DNA from: Podarcis melisellensis
Lineage: Eukaryota
Assembly: GCA_964234715.1 (NCBI GenBank)
Contig: OZ174278.1
Reading direction: 5' to 3' (one strand)
DNA: 64,000 bases
The notes under the pieces were generated by a model, which had not been told where the DNA came from, searched no databases, and worked only from the letters and a program-made list of their open reading frames with translations. A program made the position numbers and the translations under genes. Below are positions 54,178 to 64,000 of the stretch, one piece after another. Position 1 is the stretch's first letter; the number at the start of each line of letters is the position of its first letter.

Positions 54178-55267
54178 TGTGAGTCAGCCAAGATAACACA
54201 GACAAATCTCACAGGGCTTCTGCATATCAAATGGCTGGGTAAGATCTAGGGAGAGGGGCATTGGGCCTTTTTAAAATGCCGGTTGCCCTCAGACTCAGCC
54301 TTTCTCTTTTTGGGGCTGAATTTTCCAAGTCTCACTGCCTCAGTTTTAGAGACTCCCACTGAGGCATGAGTGGTTGCTGGTTTGCAGGGCCAGAAAGGAA
54401 TTTTACTTTTAACCACAATGGGCCTTCCATTGAAAGGTTTTCACTTTTCTCTCAGTGGATAGCAGGTGTTTAGGTGTTATGATGGGACGATGAGCTGCTT
54501 GTGCGTAAAATGCAAGTCCCTCAGAGTTTGATCAGGTTTTCAAACCTCTGCCTGTGACGGAGCCCCTCCAGCATGGCTGCGTCAATCACTAGTAGAATCC
54601 GAAAGTGGCTGCTTTCGGAAACGTTTCCAACATAAAAGCTCCTTAACGGAAACACGTCGTCTGGCTTCTCGGCGTGACAGTTTCCGTCGAGGTGTGGGTG
54701 TCCCTATAGGAGGTCCTGAGACCTCCCCACTGGTTTCGCTTGAAGCGTCTCTGAGCCATCCCTCCGACTCACTTTCCCTTGGAGTTCTTGCTCGCCCTCT
54801 ACTGGTTCCCTCTTCCGCTGCTACTGCTCTCTCAACCTCAGGGAGCCTTTGCACCTGCGGCGCTTTAGATGTCAGTTCCCTGACAGGTGTCTTCCACAAA
54901 TCTATTTGTTACATCTTGAGCAGCAATGGCATTGGGTAGGATCTGAACATAAGGGTTTTTAGGAGGTGCACCAGCTCCTGGCCTGAGCATGGGTGAGCTG
55001 GGTCTGGTGTCACACATCTCAGGTTACCAGCAGGATTCCAGCTGCAAGTTGTGCACCGTGCTGGGTCAACTTCCAAGGAATTCCCTAGTAGGGGTTCTGG
55101 GATGGTGTTTTCAGATCAGAAATCTTACAGGATGACAGACCCTGACCCCATGCCATGCCAATCCTGCTTACCTCACTGTGATCAATAAAAGTTCCAGCCT
55201 ATTTTCACCCAATCCTGTATCCTGGTCATTATTCACCTTCTACCTGGCCTAGGGAAGGCCATCACAA
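54178..55267 (+). mobile_element. Older copy of the 13441-type element, host to a nested solo LTR
   Basis: Shares ggttgctg..tgcagggccagaaaggaatttt, ggcattgggtaggatc and AATAAA-agtt (55184) in the same order as the reverse complement of 13441-14272. Ends approximate. Confidence 0.5.
54478..54885 (-). mobile_element. Solo LTR-like insertion (probably Gypsy), 408 bp
   Basis: Perfect 5-bp TSD ggtgt (54473-54477, 54886-54890). Minus strand starts TGTCAGGGA and ends cccatcaTA (one change from CA). CpG-rich. Confidence 0.75.
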
Positions 55268-58200
55268 TGTGCCTGGCATGCAACTGTATCTTCACTGTTA
55301 TTAAAATAAAAATTGAGAACTTGCTGGCTGCCTTAGGAGATGCAAATAGAATGAACATGTTAGGGAACAAGTCTACTCTGCAGAGCTTATTCAAATTCAA
55401 ATAAAGCAAAACCTGTGAGAAGGAGAACTATGCAAGACATTCAGGTGCCACATATTCACCCAATCAAGGCCCATACCAGAATTTGAAGCTATTGGGGACC
55501 ATGCAATTTTCCTAGCAATTGTTTCTCTATATTATACAATTGCTGTATTTTAGCAACAAGTTGTATTTGTATATGATTTTGCTCCTGACATTTCAATGCT
55601 CCCTTTTTCACACACAGTGGAGTATCTTTGTTTTCATCTTACCATGAGTCTTTAGGACTCTTGCTGCTATTAAAAATCTATGTACTGCCAGCTGTGTGCT
55701 AGCAGCTATGGTGAGGATATGCAATTGTGAAATCTGTGTTTTACTGTTTGAAAACTCCTGGCTGTAATATAAATGCTAGTAGACATGAGCCAGTCTTTCT
55801 GCCTGAAGGCTGAGAAACATACCTAAACAGTTGCACATCAACTTCCTCTCAATCACAACCCATGGTGGGGAGAGCAAACCATCCTTGAGGGAGATGTGAT
55901 GCTGCACTGCATAGACAAGGTTTCTGGGTTGCTGTGACAATCAGATTGAGTGTAATCTAGTAATCACTGTATAGTTTCTGACCCAGAAACAGACAGACTC
56001 ATCAGGCAAATTTGTTTTCACTTGTTTTATATCTTGTACAAAAATATACTAGACATAATGTTTTTAATGTTAATTTTTGAGTGCATTCGGAAATATTTCT
56101 ACTCAAAATTAAATTCAGCTAAATTCAATGGGACTCTCTCCCAGGAAAGTGTGCATAGGACTGCAGCCTCTGGACCTTTTTTTTAAAAAAAAATGGAAAA
56201 CCATTGAAATCTGAATTACTATTTGTGATTTAATAAATTAAAACTACTTGAAATTAGTGTTTCTTAATTGCGTGACTGAAATTTTACAAAATCTGAACTA
56301 TAAAGTGTGTATCATGTCATGCCATTTTCTAGGAATGCATGGGAAGGTTAAAAATTGAGAAGGTTATATTACTCAGAAAATTGTACTCTACAAAATGGAA
56401 CACCTTGTTGGAATTCACCTGTTCATGCAACATTGAGCTCATATTTACAATATCAGCTACTGCTTTTGTTTCCATCTTGAATATTGCCTTAATAATACTG
56501 CATCTGAAGAATAAGATGGCAGTAACCATGAAAAGAACCATCTGATTGAAATTGGCTTGTTTGTTGTGAACCTTTTGAAAAACGTATAACTTGAACATAC
56601 TTTGGAATTCCATATGTTGGCAAATGGTGCTCAGGTAGCTTCTTGTCAGATAACAATCTTCTTTCATTAGTGCATCACTACTTTGGAATGTTCATATCTT
56701 AATTTAGAAGCAGTGGCAACTGAGGAACCCCATGCCTTGCAAACACTGAAACTAACTTAATAATTTCTGTTATGGAATGTTGAAGCCACCTTTGGGTGTC
56801 ATAATGAATCGAGCATGGCACATTTCAGCCTACATTTGAATGATAATGGGGAAGCCTTATTCATGAAGATTCAAAAGGTTGCTAACCAAGATTATTAAAA
56901 TCTAGAAATCAAATAACGTGGATTTTTTTCTGCTAGCACCTTTGAAGTGATGCTATCAACCTGAACCACAGCAGGACAGCCATAACCTGCCATTCTGTAA
57001 TTACTGAAAATGACTTCTGAATGAGAAACAGTATTTATGCTTGCCTCAATTTTTCAGTGGTGATTATCTATTTGCTAATGCTGTGCCTTTCAGTCAAGAT
57101 TATTGGGATTCAAGAGATGTTTTGCTGCTTATGGTAGACATTTTTCACTCCTGCTCTTAAAATTGAAGCTTTGCTACTCTGTATATTGTTTTGGATCCAG
57201 AATAATATCTTCTATTTTAGTAGGTACTCCAGACATCTTTCTCCTTAAGCCAGATTTCCAGAATTGAGAGGGAGCTCTTATTTCTCCTTCAGATTTTGAA
57301 TCTATGTCCATTTTTAATGTTCATGTTGATGTATATCTATTCCATTTTTGTGTGTGTCTTTCCATCACATTACATCTCACTGTACTACCAAGCATATCTT
57401 GCTGGATTTTGCAGACCTCATATTTCAGTCTCTGTACCCTACAAAGGTGTCATGATTAGTATTTACAGTAAAGTCCCAGTTCCCTGTCACAATTTATTCA
57501 TTTCTTGTTACAAAGGTCCCTCCCTTCTTACAAAGCATTATCTACTATGCCCTCTATCCCTGAAACCCCAAAATGAAATATTTGTGCCCTGCTATTCTGC
57601 TATAGGTTAAACACAACGTGATTGCTACTGTAGATGCAAGTCCTAAGTTGTTTTTAAATGCATTAGTTACCAGAAAAATCACAAAACAAGTCCATTGTTT
57701 GGCAAACATAAAAATGTATCTGCTTTCTTTTAATATTCCAGTTAAAATAAAAACAAATTAACTATCCTGGAAATTAGAGTTATTACATGCTATGACAACT
57801 AGAAGTGGGTAGACTCCCTCCCCCCCAGCAAGTACTATAGCTAAACAAGGATATAGGGTTTAAAATGTGGTGTTTTAAGGGACACCCCTTGGTAAAAACA
57901 TTGAAGACTTCTGTGACTTCTGTGAAGCTAGGGACCAAAACATGCAACATTGCGAATATATCCAGAAAGAGATATTTCAGCTCTGTCTGTGTGATGCAAT
58001 TTATATTAAACTCTAGGAAAATGATTTATCTATGTTGTAGCTTAGGATATTTGCAATATGTAGGCACCTAGTAGTTGGGGAAAGGGGTGGATTGAAACAA
58101 TCCTTGTAATGTCACCAGTATATATTCCCTGGATGACATAGAATACTTTTATCCATGCAACTCACAAAGAGGTCAGCTATGCAAACATTGCATTTTCTGG

Positions 58201-58278
58201 TGCATAAACATTTAGATTTAAATTACTGTGATAATAAAAACATGAAAGCGATTCAGTGATAATCACGTATGCATTTAA

Positions 58279-58437
<159 letters not shown>

Positions 58438-58899
58438 TGAATTCTCATCGTCGATCTTCCTGATAATTTGAAATTGCCCTCATAACAAAGTGAAACTACA
58501 TCCTTTTTTGGGAAGCGGGGTGGGGGAAGGTGTGAAATTGCAAACTTCTGCTACCAGATTACAAACTTTGCAATATAAAGAGGAGATCCACAAACCAAGA
58601 TCCACAGACCAGCTGTCACCCACTCATAGACATGGCAGTCTATGTGTGATTCATATAGCCTTTACAGGGAAAGTTACTGATGGAAGAAGAAATCTCACCC
58701 ATTTTTAGTGATACTGTTTCCTGTCCTTACAGGTTTTTTTGGGGGGGGGGCATACCAAAAATGGAGTTTCAGAGACTTAAAGGAGTATAGCAATATTTCC
58801 TTGGTACTGGATACTCAAATTGTTCATGCTAGTTTTGAATAGATTTCTCATATAGTTTAGAATTCTGCCACTTCATTTTGTACAAATTATAGCAGCTAT

Positions 58900-59184
58900 T
58901 GTTTGCAGGCCAAGGTGCCAGGCCTCTTCTGCCCCTGACCCTCCAAGTAAAATAAAGGACACCATAGATTGGCTTTTTGGATGGAAACAGGCCACAACTT
59001 TTTGAATACAGATGAAAAAGGTTTGGCTTAGGCTTGAGGCTTAGGCATTACTTTTGGCCCATCTGCCAGAAGTGACACCAGGTCAATCCGACCACGGGGG
59101 TTCCTAAGTCTTACATCAAATAGGGGGATCCCCACAGGAATCACTGTCTGGGGGAGTGCTATCAGTCCTGGCCCCCAACTGGAC
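58900..59184 (-). mobile_element. 3' fragment of the 13441-type element family
   Basis: ggccacaacttt at 58990 followed by ttggcttaggc/ttaggcatt, as at 13535-13587. Ends at an (ATA)n run. Confidence 0.5.
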
Positions 59185-59325
59185 ATAATAATAATAATGA
59201 TAATAAGGACATAAGCAACTCCCCCCGGACCCTTTAACAGCATGCCCTAGCATTAAAGGGGCAAGTGGAGATTATAGCCATTCCTCCATCCAAGACTAAG
59301 ACTTGTGACAATTGCCATGAGGTAG

Positions 59326-59817
<492 letters not shown>

Positions 59818-60240
59818 TAGCCAAATGCCAGCACAGTCATTTGGCCTTAACAGTCAATATGAGGCTCATGCTATGAGCCTCAGCCTACTTTGCAGATCAG
59901 CTTCTTCACCTCCTCTTTTCTTTCCTGATTTTTCTCCCATCCCTTCTGTTCCACACATACACATGCCCACTTTTCTATTTTGATTTTGGTTTTTGGTCCT
60001 CTTGATTATTTTGTACAGAGTGTTTTTCTGTACTCTATAAATTACCCTTTCAGACTTCTTCTTTCCTTGAATGATACCATTTTATCTATATAGCTGTTAT
60101 TTAAGTAAAAGCTTTTTTTCATTGTTTTTTACATTTTCAGTTCACCACAATTTAATCTTCAATTCTGAAATGGCAAAACTGAAAGCAAAATCATTTTTTA
60201 ATTCACTTGACTTTTAAATGTGACTCCTTTAAGTCTAGAG

Positions 60241-60410
60241 CAGTGGCATAGTGTGGGGGGTGCAGGGGGGGCCGGCCGCACCGGGTGCAACATCTGGGGG
60301 TTAGGGTTAGGGGGCGCAACATCTGGGGGTTAGGGGGCGCAAATCCACGGGTTAGGGGGCGCAAATTACTTGCCTTGCCCCGGGTGCTGACAACCCACGC
60401 TACGCCACTG
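60241..60410. mobile_element. hAT-type MITE (170 bp) containing TTAGGG repeats
   Basis: TIR cagtggcatagtgtggg / cccacgctacgccactg. Perfect 8-bp TSD gtctagag. Confidence 0.93.
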
Positions 60411-61478
60411 GTCTAGAGCACAGATAATTAGATTGAAGGAATACTACAATATCTGATAATCTGTCAGTTTTTACCTGGAACACACATAAAGAATTGTGGC
60501 AGCTGTTATTTACAGTTTTCACAACAATAAAGCTAATATGGTCCTTTAGCTTTATAAAAAGCTGGAAGTCTTTTCTTATTTGCATAGAAAATTTTGTATT
60601 AATTTTTAATCCAGATACAAATTTTAAAATAAAATTGCTGCCAGATTGAAAAGAAAATAACGTTTGCGGTCATATTTATATATCCTAAAATGTACATTAC
60701 TCTCCCATCTTATTCCTTATTACTTTAAATCTTGGCTATCTCTTTGCCTTCCACTTGCATCTTAGAAGGTCAGCCCTGCTTCTCTGAAATTGTTGCCTGT
60801 TGTAGCCATGGCATCATCAGTTCTATAAACACATGAGGCCTAGGGATAGGCTAATTGATATAAAGAATACCAGCAGTTCTTTTTGAAGACACCATGTTTG
60901 CTTAAATAATGGTTCTTGTGCATATAGACCTCACATGGACATAGAGGCTAATACTGTAACCATAGGTATGCAGTCTCCGCCATATTGTATGTCTGTCCAC
61001 AGAATCTCACATACAATTGTTCAGTCTTACAGACTGAATTAGGGATTTCCATGTTATAGATACTGTTGGTGATCAATTATTCAGCCTTTTTAAACATGAT
61101 ATTCCGCAGTAATTTTTCCAGGACATTGGGTTACTCCTACTGCCATTTTGTATCTAATTTATTGCTGGAAAAGACGCAATCTTTTGCTTTCATTGGAGAG
61201 CTTACACAGTAAATCCTGCGGATGTATGCTTTTGGCCAGTTTTATTGAATGCTAAATCATTTTATGATTACCCTAATGTTAGTTATTATAATGTGAAGAG
61301 TTAGATCAGGTTAACAATATTTTAGAAGAATTCAGATTGATAGGTCTATTTAGAGGGGGAAACTTTTTTTCTTGTATGCACATAGGAAAATAATTCCAAA
61401 ACCATTAAGTTACAAGAAGCCTACTCATCATAAATTACTTTCGTATCACATGAAGAAAGTGTAAATACATTAATCTAA

Positions 61479-61631
<153 letters not shown>

Positions 61632-62510
61632 TGACCTCACACACAAATTGTACATTTAATTGTGTTTTAATATACATTTACAGAAATTATTGAATATATT
61701 TATAGATGTTATTAAAATGTAAATTGTCCTTATTATTCCCCATCATTCTACACAATGCAGGTTATGTGGTTAATATTTGAGAATTCTTGTTGATGGTTTA
61801 TTACCAGTGTCACAAATTGGCAGTTAGGAACAAATTGCCAACTTCTTCTCAATTTTATAAGACCATGCATGATACTATTGCAATGTGATTCCCAGAGTGA
61901 AGCAGCAGGGAAATAATTGAAACTCAACCCTAGCTTTTGAGGAATTTCCCCACACATATTTGAACAACATAATTTAAAATCTTATTATTTTAATGTCAGT
62001 GAAATACTCTTGTGAGAATATATGAGATGTTATAGAATTCATCTTGATAATACATATTTTTTCATATTCGTTTGAGTTCAGTGACACATATTCCAGGTAA
62101 GCTTGGATAAGCTTGAAGCCTAAGAGCCCTTGAAGGCAAGGATCATGTCAGCTGCTGGCTGGCCCTGAATAGAAGGAGGATGCTTAGGTGGGCTGGCAGA
62201 AGCCTCCTAATAGAGATGAGAAAGCTGTAGTGGTGCAATGAGGGGAGAAAAGAAGTTGAGGGTGAGATGAGGAGATCAGATCAGATCTACAGCTTCTGTT
62301 TACAGTACCTCTCTCCTTCTCTATTTTGCACCTGACTGCATAAAGGCAGTCTGCATTCCCGTTTTAGAGACCCTTCTACTTCCTTTTCTTTTTAAAAAGA
62401 ATACTCAGATCTGTAAACATTAGGGCTGTCTTGAGTCCTGAATGGTATACATAAGCACTGACAGTCACCCTATGAAGTTAGCAAATAGATGGTACTATAT
62501 TGTACCTTAT

Positions 62511-62867
62511 GGGATGCGGGTGGCGCTGTGGGTTAAACCACAGAGCCTAGGACTTGCTGATCAGAAGGTTGGCGGTTCGAATCCCCGCGACGGGGTGAGC
62601 TCCCATTGCTCGGTCCCTGCTCCTGCCAACCTAGCAGTTTAAAAGCACGTCAAAGTGCAAGTAGATAAATAGGTACTGCTCTGTCGGGAAGGTAAATGGC
62701 GTTTCCGTACACTGCTCTGGTTCGCCAGAAGCGGCTTAGTCATGCTGGCCACATGACCTGGAAACTGTACGCTGGCTCCCTCGGCCAATAAAGCGAGATG
62801 AGTGCTGCAACCCCAGAGTCGGTCAAGACTGGACCTAATGGTCAGGGGTCCCTTTACCTTTACCTTT
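62511..62867 (+). mobile_element. Full-length Sauria SINE
   Basis: Box A/B head, diagnostic core, (accttt)n tail. Degenerate TSD tatattgtacctt / tatattgcagctt. Confidence 0.95.
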
Positions 62868-63691
62868 ATATTGCAGCTTGCATACAAAAAAAGTATCCTA
62901 TAGCTTCAAAGCGAGCTATGATTAATTCCCCCTTTTTCTCATAGTTGATGAGAATATAAAGTTATTTTAAAAGTTTGAATGAAAATAAGAAACATTATTC
63001 AAGCAAAGACAGAATATACGGTATAGTTTCTATGATTCTCCAAGCATTTTTATTGAATAGTTTGCAAAGCTCGGTTAAGGAACAAAATCAGCTTTCTTTT
63101 AACATTACAGTCAGATTCCCATAGTCTATTCTATAGAAAAATATTATAGGAAGGTTTGGTCTGAAAAGTCTGTGTTAAAACAAGTAGCAGCATCGGAGGC
63201 ATGTAATAGTGGAAGGCATAGAAGTTTGTGGTTCACTCTAAAGTAAGATGCAAGGTTGTGCTGAATTGCTAGAGGTGTTTATTGCAATGTAAGATAAACC
63301 TTTTGTTTTATGTGGATTTAAGTTATGTGGTAAAATTCTGCATTTTTATGGATAAATAACTAAATAACAGCAGGAAGATGTTCTAGCCAAAGATGCAAGT
63401 GGATTTATCCATAGATAATGAGAGGTAGCACGAGCCAATGACGCAATATAAGTGTTTGTATTAAACAGAAGATAGCTTTTAGAATAGGGTACTCAGTTGC
63501 CCTTTATATGTTCTAAACTACTGAGCCCTAATATTGTGTAATATTGTGATAAAATAATAAAACCAATATGTACACTGTGCACCATTATTTACTGGATTTT
63601 ATGGTATTAAACATAGAATATTGTGTATTTCAGTCCAATGAAAGGCAGGATTGAAGGCAGGTTGTCCTGATTTCAGCAAAATATGTCCTGA

Positions 63692-63979
<288 letters not shown>

Positions 63980-64000
63980 TAGTTCACTCTATGTTGATGC

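Noticed and set aside
56713-56740. tggcaactgaggaac (WQLRN) as a candidate for the missing exon 9 (GWQLKN)
   Set aside because: No preceding VG or suitable acceptor, and the following residues (PMPC) do not match.

Overview
This is vertebrate genomic DNA, not prokaryotic. It is AT-rich and CpG-poor, and its repeats (Sauria SINEs, a Squam3-like SINE, L2/CR1 fragments, palindromic MITEs) point to a squamate reptile, probably a lacertid lizard. The whole window lies inside one + strand gene, CNKSR2 (CNK2/MAGUIN scaffold). Ten coding exons with canonical AG/GT ends splice in frame and encode the CRIC domain, most of the PDZ domain and the following Pro/Ser-rich region (exons 3-8 and 10-13, numbered by analogy with human from memory). 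I could not find the 147-nt exon that completes the PDZ domain (exon 9) in the called sequence; a 196-N assembly gap sits in the right intron. The rest is intron with nested transposable elements. The most interesting items are a Penelope-like insertion forming an ~82-bp hairpin with an intact minimal hammerhead ribozyme on the antisense strand only, a hAT MITE carrying TTAGGG repeats, a solo LTR with a 100-codon open frame, and a family of DIRS/Ngaro-like non-autonomous elements. I see no convincing evidence of a wholly new biological system. Most ORFs in the track are chance intronic ORFs or TE debris. All family assignments are from recalled consensus motifs, with no database search.
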